Assembly (NCBI GenBank): GCA_041674925.1
Contig: JBAYUW010000005.1
Coordinates: forward strand, 1-51,432
Reading direction: 5' to 3'
DNA: 51,432 nt
Origin: Minisyncoccota bacterium
GTDB taxonomy: Bacteria; Patescibacteriota; Minisyncoccia; Phycocordibacterales; GWA1-40-21
A model generated the notes under the pieces. The model saw only the letters and a program-made list of their open reading frames with translations, ran no database searches and was not told the origin of the DNA. Position 1 is the first letter of the stretch. Every line of letters starts with the position of its first letter. Made by a program: the position numbers and the translations under genes. Shown here one piece after another: positions 27,464 to 35,948 of the stretch.

Positions 27464-28954
27464 ATGTTAAAAATAATTGATAATTTTTTAAATAGAATTA
27501 CGATGTACAAATTTATTTTGTACTATCTGCTTTTGATTTTTGTTTCGGCGTTGGCTCTGAGTTTGTTTGGTGTCTTATCTTATCAACCTTTATTGCTTTT
27601 ATTCTCCGCGATTTTTATCACAGTTATCTGTTGGGTCGTGAATCGTCTCTTTGCCTGGGCCTTCAAGGCTCCAGCTAACGTCGAGTCGGTCTATATTACC
27701 GCCTTAATTTTATTTTTAATTATTACTCCACTGTCGGACTTTTCTGATTTCACCTATTTCAGTTTGGCTTTTTGGGCTTCGGTTCTAGCCATGGCCTCAA
27801 AATATATTTTGGCCATCAATAAAAAACATATCTTTAATCCTGTGGCTATCGCTCTGGTGTTGACGGCTTTCTTTTTAAATCAATCGGCCAGTTGGTGGGT
27901 GGGGACGAGTGTCTTGGCCCCGGTTGTTTTGGTCGGTGGTCTGCTCTTGATGCGAAAAATAATTCGCCTAGATTTAATCCTCAGTTTTATTTTGGTCGCC
28001 CTCCCATTAACTATTTTTTCTTTTGTCAGAAATGATGTGGCCTTGATGCAAAGTTTATGGATGGCTGTGACCGGTACAGCGATCCTCTTTTTTGCTTTTA
28101 CGATGCTGACCGAGCCATTGACTACACCTCCGACTCGTCTATCTCGCATTTTATATGGTGTCGTGACCGGTATATTGTTTTTCTTTTTTACACCAGTGGT
28201 GGCTTTGGCCGTCGGTAATATCTTTTCCTATTTAATTAGTCCAAAACAAAAACTCGTCCTGACTCTTAAAAAGAAAATTAAATCCGCCGAAGATATATAT
28301 GATTTTGTTTTCATTCCCGATCAGAAATTAAAGTTCCGCGCTGGACAATATTTAGAATGGACTATCGACGGCCGGGGCGCTGATAGTCGCGGTAATCGAC
28401 GTTATTTTACGATCGCCTCATCACCAACCGAAGAGGTGATTGTCTTGTCGGCTCGTTTTTATCCCGAGTCCAGTACTTTTAAAAAGAATTTAATGGCTCT
28501 TCAACCGGGCGACAAGATTACCGCTTCACAGCTGGCCGGGGATTTTGTCTTACCAAAAGATGTGAATAAAAAAATAGTCTTGATCGCCGGTGGTATCGGC
28601 ATCACTCCATATTATAGTATGATTAAAAATACGATTGATACCGGAGAAAAACGAGATATTGTTTTATTGTACTCAAACAAACTTTCTTCAGATGCCATTT
28701 ATCAATTTCTCTGGGATGAAGCAAAAGAAAAAATTGGACTCAAGACGATTTACGCCGTCACTGATCAGACTGATCCAAAATACACCGGGCGAATTACTCC
28801 CGAATTGATTCAAAAAGAAATTCCTGATTATCTAGAACGCTATTTCTATCTATCCGGCCCACACAATCTGGTTGTCTCATTTGAGGACACACTCAAATCT
28901 CTCGGTGTCCATCGTTCTCACATCAAGATCGACTTTTTCCCAGGGTTTGTGTAA
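27464..28954 (+). CDS. polytopic membrane domain (RnfD/NqrB-like) fused to an FNR-type FAD/NAD(P)H oxidoreductase
   Basis: About 8 TM helices with TEPLTTPP (compare the TDP.T.P of RnfD/NqrB). C-terminal RRYFTIASSP (FAD RxYS/T motif) and IAGGIGITP (NAD(P) binding). Confidence 0.65.
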   Translation: MLKIIDNFLNRITMYKFILYYLLLIFVSALALSLFGVLSYQPLLLLFSAIFITVICWVVNRLFAWAFKAPANVESVYITALILFLIITPLSDFSDFTYFSLAFWASVLAMASKYILAINKKHIFNPVAIALVLTAFFLNQSASWWVGTSVLAPVVLVGGLLLMRKIIRLDLILSFILVALPLTIFSFVRNDVALMQSLWMAVTGTAILFFAFTMLTEPLTTPPTRLSRILYGVVTGILFFFFTPVVALAVGNIFSYLISPKQKLVLTLKKKIKSAEDIYDFVFIPDQKLKFRAGQYLEWTIDGRGADSRGNRRYFTIASSPTEEVIVLSARFYPESSTFKKNLMALQPGDKITASQLAGDFVLPKDVNKKIVLIAGGIGITPYYSMIKNTIDTGEKRDIVLLYSNKLSSDAIYQFLWDEAKEKIGLKTIYAVTDQTDPKYTGRITPELIQKEIPDYLERYFYLSGPHNLVVSFEDTLKSLGVHRSHIKIDFFPGFV

Positions 28955-29037
28955 GGGACTAAGTTGAAGTTCCATCTTAATTTTGCTAGGATAATCATAG
29001 ATCGTTCGGAGGTGCAAATAGTAGATGGAGGAGTAAG

Positions 29038-29280
29038 ATGAAGAAGGTAGCAGTCCTAAACTTCCCAAGTGAATCGCCGATCAGGGTGGTTCTTCATGCC
29101 GAATGGCAGCGTCAGCGCGGCCGACAGCCATCGATGCCGTATCGGGGGATTCTTAACCCTCGTGAAGCACATCTGGTGGCCATGATTGACGCGGCCGCAC
29201 TGCTCGCTGAGGCGCTCGAGGATCTTCTGGCAAAGTCGCTCCAGAAGGAAGAAGCGCAAACGGCATCAGTTCCAGCCTAG
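29038..29280 (+). CDS. hypothetical small protein (GC-rich islet)
   Basis: SD GGAGGAG 4-5 nt upstream of the ATG. Followed by a GC-rich hairpin at 29299..29332. No family recognised. Confidence 0.45.
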   Translation: MKKVAVLNFPSESPIRVVLHAEWQRQRGRQPSMPYRGILNPREAHLVAMIDAAALLAEALEDLLAKSLQKEEAQTASVPA

Positions 29281-29298
29281 CGCCTAGCGGCTGAATCA

Positions 29299-29340
29299 GG
29301 GGACCGGCTTTTCTCACGAAAGGCCGGTCCCCAAACTTTT
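29299..29340 (+). terminator. putative intrinsic terminator
   Basis: GGGGACCGGC...GCCGGTCCCC 10-bp stem followed by AAACTTTT (weak U-tract). Confidence 0.5.
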
Positions 29341-29462
29341 ATGTTGGATAAATTATTAACTTTTTGTTACCGATATTATCGGTGGGGGTGGTGAAGAGGT
29401 GGTGGAACCTCGGCCGAGTTATCCACATTTGGTCTGGGTGACTGGTGTGTTAGAATGTGGCC

Positions 29463-30125
29463 GTGAAAATTTTAGACTTGCCAAAAATTGATCGACCGCG
29501 AGAAAAATTAGAGAAATACGGCATTAGTCGATTAACTGATGTTGAAATCGTCGCAATTCTAATTCGTACCGGGATCAAAGGGACCAATGTCTTGGAATTG
29601 TCTAAGCAGATTTTAAAAAAGATTTCACAAGTTGGTGTCGAAAAAATTGCCATAAAAGATTTACTGGAAATTAAAGGCCTGGGTCAAATCAAAGCCGGAC
29701 AAATTATTGCCAGCCTCGAACTGTGGTCTCGTTTATTTCAGAACAAAAAAACCGAGCTTTTACTATCACCACAAAGTGTCTGGCTGGAAATGAAAGATTT
29801 ACGAGCTAGTCGAAAAGAACACTTTGTCGTTTTCTATTTAGATACTCAGAATCAAATTATTCAAAGAGAAATTGTCTCCATTGGCACCTTAAACGCCAGC
29901 CTGGTCCACCCTCGTGAAGTTTTCGAACCCGCCATTCGTCATTCGACCGCCCAAATTATCTTAGCCCATAATCATCCTTCCGATAGTACGGAACCGTCGG
30001 AGGAAGATATCGCCGTTTCTCGTCGTTTGATGGAGGTGGGGAAGATCATGGGAATAGATATCCTCGATCACGTCATCGTGACAAAAAGTAGTTATGTCAG
30101 TATGAAAGAACTTGGCTTGCTTTAA
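29463..30125 (+). CDS. radC: RadC-family JAB-domain protein
   Basis: ILDLPKIDRPREKL...LTDVEIVAILIRTG N-terminus and JAMM motif HNHPSDSTEPSEED. The ORF track starts at GTG 29457. I prefer GTG 29463, which is 6 nt after TGtTAGAAT (29448..29456). Confidence 0.85.
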   Translation: MKILDLPKIDRPREKLEKYGISRLTDVEIVAILIRTGIKGTNVLELSKQILKKISQVGVEKIAIKDLLEIKGLGQIKAGQIIASLELWSRLFQNKKTELLLSPQSVWLEMKDLRASRKEHFVVFYLDTQNQIIQREIVSIGTLNASLVHPREVFEPAIRHSTAQIILAHNHPSDSTEPSEEDIAVSRRLMEVGKIMGIDILDHVIVTKSSYVSMKELGLL

Positions 30126-30145
30126 TTTTAGGTGTACGTTATAAT
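30117..30145 (+). promoter_or_regulatory. promoter of the Phd/RelE operon
   Basis: TTGCTT (30117..30122), a 17-nt spacer, then TATAAT (30140..30145). GTAC-N8-GTAC flanks the -10 box and may be an autoregulation site. Confidence 0.5.
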
Positions 30146-30179
30146 GTACCTGTATTAATTTAATAACAATTTTAAAAAT

Positions 30180-30548
30180 ATGAATATAAAAATGAAGAAC
30201 ATTATCTCTATCACCGAAGCCCGAAGCAGTATTTTCGATATTGCCGAGAATGTTCAAAAATTAGGTAATCATTATCTTTTCACTGAAGGTGGTAAACCCA
30301 AAATGGTTGTGATGTCGGCCGAGGAATATGATAATTTGATGGAGGATTTGGCCCTGGCCGCTGATCCCAAGTTTGCCGCTAGGATGAAGAAGGCACACGA
30401 AGATATCGCCAGTGGCGACTATGTCACTTTAGATGAATTCAGACAAGAACTGGGGCTCGGATCTGGTAAAAAAATTGAGAATGCTATGGTGATGGATAAA
30501 AGTAAGAAGGCATATAAGACCAGACACACTGGTAAAAAGAAGAAATAA
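30180..30548 (+). CDS. type II antitoxin, Phd/YefM family (long basic tail)
   Basis: ISITEARSSIFDIAENVQ...KPKMVVMSAEEYDNLMEDL is a classic Phd/YefM N-terminal domain. Lies directly upstream of a RelE/ParE-like ORF. Confidence 0.8.
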   Translation: MNIKMKNIISITEARSSIFDIAENVQKLGNHYLFTEGGKPKMVVMSAEEYDNLMEDLALAADPKFAARMKKAHEDIASGDYVTLDEFRQELGLGSGKKIENAMVMDKSKKAYKTRHTGKKKK

Positions 30549-30560
30549 TATTTTATTATT

Positions 30561-30818
30561 ATGTATTATGTTTACATTCCAAATCAGATAAAAAGGGCGA
30601 CTAAAAAATTTCCGAGACCAATTCAAGAAAGGATAGAAGAAGTTTTGACTTTGCTGGAAACAAATCCTTATCTCGGTTCAAAAATGCATGGGGTAATGGA
30701 TGAGCAGAGGAAAATAAAGATTTCAAATTACCGTATTATTTATCAAATAATCGAATCAAAAATCGTTATTGAAATTTTAGAAATCGAAAGTCGTGGTAAT
30801 ACCTCGTATGATCGGTAA
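30561..30818 (+). CDS. type II toxin, RelE/ParE family
   Basis: 85 aa with KKFPRPIQERI...YRIIYQIIESKIVIEILEIESRGNTSY, the typical RelE/ParE fold signature. Confidence 0.8.
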   Translation: MYYVYIPNQIKRATKKFPRPIQERIEEVLTLLETNPYLGSKMHGVMDEQRKIKISNYRIIYQIIESKIVIEILEIESRGNTSYDR

Positions 30819-30829
30819 AAATCCATAAT

Positions 30830-31099
30830 ATGAAAAAATCTTGTGCTATTTGTGGCAAGAAAATAAAGATCATCCTATATACAGATAAAAGTTACCGCGG
30901 TGGTCATTATTTTGGAAAGATAGAGATCTGCTCAAAAAAGGAGGAGGCTAAAGCTCTTAGGCTCGGCACACATCCATATAAAATCGCCGGCCGTGTTTTT
31001 GATGTCTTAAATTACGATCCTAAACCCTATAAATACCTAGAGTATTGGGAGTGTCCCAAGTGCTATTGGGGCCAACGGCTCAACCCAAAGGCCCGTTGA
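30830..31099 (+). CDS. hypothetical zinc-ribbon protein
   Basis: CAIC...CPKC four-Cys pattern. The last 9 codons (GQRLNPKAR*) are encoded by the left copy of the island-flanking hairpin repeat. Confidence 0.45.
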   Translation: MKKSCAICGKKIKIILYTDKSYRGGHYFGKIEICSKKEEAKALRLGTHPYKIAGRVFDVLNYDPKPYKYLEYWECPKCYWGQRLNPKAR

Positions 31100-31107
31100 G
31101 CCGTTGG
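31072..31107. repeat. left copy of the 32-nt hairpin direct repeat flanking the R-M island
   Basis: CCAACGGCTCAAC-ccaaaggccc-GTTGAGCCGTTGG. The core AACGGCTCAACCCAAAGGCCCGTTGAGCCGTT (31074..31105) recurs at 38882..38913 with one mismatch. Confidence 0.85.
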
Positions 31108-31153
31108 TGGGTGGCTTTAAGTATGAGGGTTTTTGTGGTAGGATTTAGGAATT

Positions 31154-32977
31154 ATGAAAAAGTATCTAGAGAAAGTAGCTAAGACGTCTGAAAATATTGA
31201 AAACGAAAATTTGCAGAAATTACGGGCGGTTTTTCCTAATTTTGTTAAGGATGGACAGGTAGATTTTGATGCCTTGCAAAAATTTTTTGATAAGGAAGGT
31301 ATTTTATCTGGGGAAGAAAAGTTTGGTTTGAATTGGGCTGGTAAAAGTAATGCCTTCAAAGCTATTCGTACTCCAGCCATTGGTACGCTTGTTCCTCAAC
31401 CAGAAGAAAGTAAGAATTGGGATTCTACTGAGAATGTTTTTATTGAAGGAGATAATCTTGAAGTTTTGAAACTTCTTCAGAAGAATTACAGAGAGAAGAT
31501 AAAAATGATTTATATTGATCCGCCGTACAATACCGGTAAGGATTTTGTGTATAAGGATAATTTTACCCAGGACGTGTCTGATTATTATGAGCAAACGGGA
31601 CAGACAAAGGGCGGTATAAAAATGACCGCTAATACTGAAAAGAATGGTCGTTATCATAGTGACTGGTTGACCATGATGTATCCACGTCTTTTTCTTGGTA
31701 GAAATTTACTTAAAGATGACGGAGTAATTTTTGTATCTATTGATGATAATGAGGTGGCAAACCTAAGAATGATAATGGATGAAATTTTTGGAGAGGAAAA
31801 TTTTGTAGCACAAATCGTATGGCATAGTAAATATACAGTTGCAAACGATACAAGATATTTATCTCAACAACATGAATATGTTTTGTGTTATGCAAAAAAT
31901 AAAGAGAATATAGATAAACTAAGATTACCTAGAACTCAAAAAATGGATGACCGATATACTAATCCTGATAATGACCCAAGAGGTCCGTGGAAAGCCACCC
32001 CACTACACGCAAAAAGTGGAAATGGCGAAAGTTATACATATATATTTAGTAATGGTGTAAAATGGAAAGCTCCGCAAGGAAGATATCCAAGATACGGATT
32101 AATAACATTAAGAAGGCTTGATGAAGAAAACAGATTATGGTTTGGAAAGGATTTAAAAACAACACCCTCTGTAAAAACTTATTTATCAGAACTTTCTACC
32201 GATGGTTGTGTTTCTGGTGATGTCTGGCATTTTGATGACGTTGGACATACACATTCTTCAAATGAAGAATTGGCTGATGTTTTGGGTAAGGGGATGTTTG
32301 ATAATCCAAAGCCAACACGACTCGTAATGAAAGCAATTCAATTATCATGCAATGAAAATGATTTGGTTTTAGATTTTTTTGGGGGTTCGGGTACTACAGC
32401 GCATGCAGTAATGCAATTGAATGCCAAGAAAGAGGGTGTTGAAAATAGAAAGTGGATTTGTGTTCAATTACCAGAAGTTACAGATGAAGACAGTGAAGCT
32501 TATAAAGCTGGATATAAAACAATAGCTGAAATTTCTCGCGAGAGAATTCGTCGAGCTGGAGACAAGATTAAGAAGGGGGATATTGGTTTCAAATCCTACA
32601 AACTTTCTACTTCAAATTACCGCCAGTGGAATGTTTCTGGTGTACAAAATGAGAAAGAAATATTAAAAACATCAAAATTATTTCTTGAAAATCCTTTGGT
32701 TGATAAATATGATGAGAAGTCAGTCGTATATGAAATTCTTTTGAAAGAAGGTTTTGATTTGAATTCTAAAATTGAACAGCAAAAAAGTGATTTGAAATCA
32801 TGGATTGTTATTGATGGAGACAAAAACCTTTTTGTCACATTTGTCGAAAATGTCACAAAAGAACAAGTCGAAAAACTTGGACTTTCTGAAAACGACACTT
32901 TTGTTTGTTTTGATAGCTCTTTGGATGACACAACAAAGGTCAATTTAGGGAGGTATATTAATGTAAAGGTGATATAA
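31154..32977 (+). CDS. mod: type III restriction-modification methyltransferase (Mod), beta-class N6A/N4C
   Basis: IYIDPPYNTG (motif IV) lies upstream of DFFGGSGTTAHA (motif I), the permuted order typical of type III Mod. 607 aa. Confidence 0.9.
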   Translation: MKKYLEKVAKTSENIENENLQKLRAVFPNFVKDGQVDFDALQKFFDKEGILSGEEKFGLNWAGKSNAFKAIRTPAIGTLVPQPEESKNWDSTENVFIEGDNLEVLKLLQKNYREKIKMIYIDPPYNTGKDFVYKDNFTQDVSDYYEQTGQTKGGIKMTANTEKNGRYHSDWLTMMYPRLFLGRNLLKDDGVIFVSIDDNEVANLRMIMDEIFGEENFVAQIVWHSKYTVANDTRYLSQQHEYVLCYAKNKENIDKLRLPRTQKMDDRYTNPDNDPRGPWKATPLHAKSGNGESYTYIFSNGVKWKAPQGRYPRYGLITLRRLDEENRLWFGKDLKTTPSVKTYLSELSTDGCVSGDVWHFDDVGHTHSSNEELADVLGKGMFDNPKPTRLVMKAIQLSCNENDLVLDFFGGSGTTAHAVMQLNAKKEGVENRKWICVQLPEVTDEDSEAYKAGYKTIAEISRERIRRAGDKIKKGDIGFKSYKLSTSNYRQWNVSGVQNEKEILKTSKLFLENPLVDKYDEKSVVYEILLKEGFDLNSKIEQQKSDLKSWIVIDGDKNLFVTFVENVTKEQVEKLGLSENDTFVCFDSSLDDTTKVNLGRYINVKVI

Positions 32978-32981
32978 GGTT

Positions 32982-34391
32982 ATGAAAAAAATTTGGTCTG
33001 AAAAAATTTCCATAGATAAGTTAAATCTTTGGGATGAAAATGCCCGTTTCCCCGAGGAGTATTTTAATAAGTCAGAAAAATATCTGATTGATTATTTTCT
33101 TAAAAAGAAGGATTTTAAGATAGAATCTCTCGCCAAAGAAGTTGTTGATGAATTTGACTTACCTCAACTTGAAAAGATTGTCGTATATAGGTATAAAAAC
33201 AAAAATATTATTCTAGAAGGTAATAGACGCGTCGTTGTTTATAAATTACTTTCTGAACCAACTCTGACAAACGACACGAACATACAGTCATTTTTTCATG
33301 CTCTTTCCGGGAAAGTAAAAATAAATAATAGTTTTCAACTTGAAACTCTAGTCACAACTGACAAGGATTCTGGGTTAAAATATGTAGATCGAAAACATAC
33401 CAAACATAATAATGAAGTAGGTTGGGGTGAACCAGAACGACATAATTATAAAGTAAGAAGAGGTAATGCGAGTGCAAAGACGGAGGTATTTAGATATGAA
33501 TTAGGTAAGTTAGTTAAAAAACTTGATTTGCCAGAAGAAATAAAGGAAGCTGTTCTTGGTAAGGGGTCAGTATCAACTTTCTATCGTTTAGTAGATAGTG
33601 AACCAGCGTTAAAATTATTAGGTGTTCAAAAAAATGATGATGGAACTATTAAAATTAAGAATCAGAAGGAATTTAGCGAAAAGCTTAAAGTAATTATTTT
33701 TGATATAGTTACAAAACGTATTATTGATGGTGAAAAATTGGACTCTCGTTTTCTTAATAAAACAAATGAAAAAGAAAAATATCTGAAGTCTATTGGTGAA
33801 GGGGATAAAAAAAGAGTAGAGAAAGAAATTAAAAAGAATACTTCTACAGATATATTTGGTAATAAGATCATTGATATAAGGACGGAAAAAGGTGGTTCTA
33901 TTTATTCTGAAAGAGTCAGACAATTTCAATCTTTAATCGATCCTACCTTGTTGTTACCAGCAGTTAGTCTCGATAAAATAAAAGAAATTTTCAGTGAATT
34001 ACAAAAGGTTAATTTAGAAGCATGTCCCACAGCGGGAGCTTTATTGTTAAGGACATTGATGGAAATATCAGTCAAAGAGTTTGCATCAAAGGTTAGTATA
34101 AGAATTGATAAGGATGGATATTTTAGAACCGATACTGGAAAAGCAAAACAATCCTTAAAAGAAAAAATTGATTATATTTCTGAAAAATATGCACCGCAGG
34201 ATATCAAAGATATTGTTAAAATTTTTAATGGAAATTCAGTCTTTACCGATAATCTAAATAATATTGCACATAGCAGACATATATTTTCATCAAAAGATAC
34301 AGTTAAAAGTTTATGGAAAAATTCAAAATGTTTTTGGGAATTTTTAATTGCAAAAATTATTGAAATTGAAAAGACAAAAAAACAATTATGA
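32982..34391 (+). CDS. ParB/Srx-like N-terminal domain protein, C-terminal region unknown
   Basis: ISIDKLNLWDENARF and IILEGNRRVVVYKLL resemble the ParB N-terminal box and the G-x-R-R arginine patch. The remaining roughly 350 aa were not recognised. Starts 4 nt after mod and overlaps dam by ATGA. Confidence 0.45.
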   Translation: MKKIWSEKISIDKLNLWDENARFPEEYFNKSEKYLIDYFLKKKDFKIESLAKEVVDEFDLPQLEKIVVYRYKNKNIILEGNRRVVVYKLLSEPTLTNDTNIQSFFHALSGKVKINNSFQLETLVTTDKDSGLKYVDRKHTKHNNEVGWGEPERHNYKVRRGNASAKTEVFRYELGKLVKKLDLPEEIKEAVLGKGSVSTFYRLVDSEPALKLLGVQKNDDGTIKIKNQKEFSEKLKVIIFDIVTKRIIDGEKLDSRFLNKTNEKEKYLKSIGEGDKKRVEKEIKKNTSTDIFGNKIIDIRTEKGGSIYSERVRQFQSLIDPTLLLPAVSLDKIKEIFSELQKVNLEACPTAGALLLRTLMEISVKEFASKVSIRIDKDGYFRTDTGKAKQSLKEKIDYISEKYAPQDIKDIVKIFNGNSVFTDNLNNIAHSRHIFSSKDTVKSLWKNSKCFWEFLIAKIIEIEKTKKQL

Positions 34392-35236
34392 AATTTTATT
34401 CACCATTAAGATATCCTGGGGGTAAAAATAAACTGGCCAAGTTTGTGGCTTTATTATGCGAGAAAAACCATATTAATGGTCATTATATTGAACCTTATGC
34501 TGGCGGAGCCTCGGTTGCACTATTTTTGTTATTAGAAGGATATGTAAAAGAGATAACAATAAACGATCTAGATAGAGCTATATATGCTTTTTGGTATTCT
34601 ATGCTTAATGATACAAAAAGGTTTTGTAATATGATATTAAAAACTGATATAACAGTAAAAAATTGGCATAAATTTAAAAAAATACACAAAAATAAGGAGA
34701 AAGTAGATTTATTTGATTTAGGTTTCGCCACCTTTTTTTTGAATAGAACAAACCACTCTGGGGTTATTGATGGTGGAATAATAGGGGGATATCAACAAAA
34801 AGGAGACTATAAGATAGATTGCCGCTTTAATAAAATAGATTTAATCAATAGAATTAAATTGATTAGTGGTTATAAAGATAGAATTCATGTCAAAAATTTG
34901 GACGCACTTGATCTAATTGACGTGTCCCAAAAAAGTAGTCGTAGTAAAAATACTATTTTTTATTTTGATCCGCCATATTTTATGAAGGGACAATCACTTT
35001 ATATGAATTCGTATCAGCCGAATGATCACAGGGAAGTTAGCGAGAAAATTAAAAATATAAATAATGCTAGATGGATAGTGTCGTACGATGATGTTTTACC
35101 TATTAGAAAATTATATAAAGATAAAAAAATAAAAAGTATGAAGCAAGAAATTATATATACAGCGCATACGGTTAGTCTTGGCAAGGAGATTATGTTTTTT
35201 GACCGAGGTTTGTTAGTACCTAAATACGCAAAATAA
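34388..35236 (+). CDS. dam: DNA adenine methyltransferase, D12 (Dam) class
   Basis: SPLRYPGGKNKL (motif I region) and FYFDPPYF (motif IV). Confidence 0.85.
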   Translation: MKFYSPLRYPGGKNKLAKFVALLCEKNHINGHYIEPYAGGASVALFLLLEGYVKEITINDLDRAIYAFWYSMLNDTKRFCNMILKTDITVKNWHKFKKIHKNKEKVDLFDLGFATFFLNRTNHSGVIDGGIIGGYQQKGDYKIDCRFNKIDLINRIKLISGYKDRIHVKNLDALDLIDVSQKSSRSKNTIFYFDPPYFMKGQSLYMNSYQPNDHREVSEKIKNINNARWIVSYDDVLPIRKLYKDKKIKSMKQEIIYTAHTVSLGKEIMFFDRGLLVPKYAK

Positions 35237-35239
35237 TTT

Positions 35240-35947
35240 ATGGACAAGATATTAGATAATGAAATAACAAATTCTGTAAAGAATGAAGTAAAAAAAAGAT
35301 TAAGTTCATCTATTTATGGAACTTTTGTTATTTTTTGGTTAGTTTGTCATTGGAGATTTGTACTAACAATCTTTTTTGTTAGTGAGGATTTGATTTTGAA
35401 GCAAACTGGTCTCTTAAAGAACGATTATCTTCTCTTTAATTATTTCGATGTTGGTAGTTTATATTTTTGGTCTTCGTGGTCGTTACCATTTTTATTTACT
35501 TATGCTGCTATATGGATGTTACCGAAATATGTACTAATTCCAGCTTTTAAGAAAGAGGCACAAGATCAAACAATAAAAAAAGTATTTGAACTTAATGAAG
35601 AGAAGCTTGTCATCGTTGCGCAAACAAATTTAGAAAAAGAAAATGCTAAACAAGTGACAGAGGTGGCTAAGCAAGTCGTTCAGGAGAAAAAAATTAGAGA
35701 TACAAATCCAAAAATTGAGTGGGATGCAGATTATATTAATTTTTCAAAAAATGGTTATGCAAATATTTTTTTAAATTTTCTTAATAAATTTTACTCCGGG
35801 GATAGATATCTTCATTATTTTAGCCCAAATGATGTTTCTTATTTTGACGCCCTGGGTCTAATTAAAATCGATAAAAATAGTGTCGATACCTTAAGTGATA
35901 AAGGTAAGTATTTTGCTTTAAAAATAAAGGATAAAGAAAGTTTTTAA
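35240..35947 (+). CDS. hypothetical membrane protein (two or three TM helices, coiled coil, C-terminal globular part)
   Basis: Hydrophobic segments YGTFVIFWLVCHWRFVLTIFFV and FWSSWSLPFLFTYAAIWMLP. Charged helix EAQDQ...QEKKIRD. Embedded between dam and res with 3-nt and 1-nt gaps. Confidence 0.45.
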   Translation: MDKILDNEITNSVKNEVKKRLSSSIYGTFVIFWLVCHWRFVLTIFFVSEDLILKQTGLLKNDYLLFNYFDVGSLYFWSSWSLPFLFTYAAIWMLPKYVLIPAFKKEAQDQTIKKVFELNEEKLVIVAQTNLEKENAKQVTEVAKQVVQEKKIRDTNPKIEWDADYINFSKNGYANIFLNFLNKFYSGDRYLHYFSPNDVSYFDALGLIKIDKNSVDTLSDKGKYFALKIKDKESF

Positions 35948-35948
35948 G

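Noticed and set aside
29340-29456. GC-rich intergenic stretch with a small hairpin (ACCGATA-tt-TATCGGT) and a DnaA box, considered as an ncRNA or origin fragment
   Set aside because: It has no long-range structure or terminator and only one DnaA box. It is more simply the radC promoter region.
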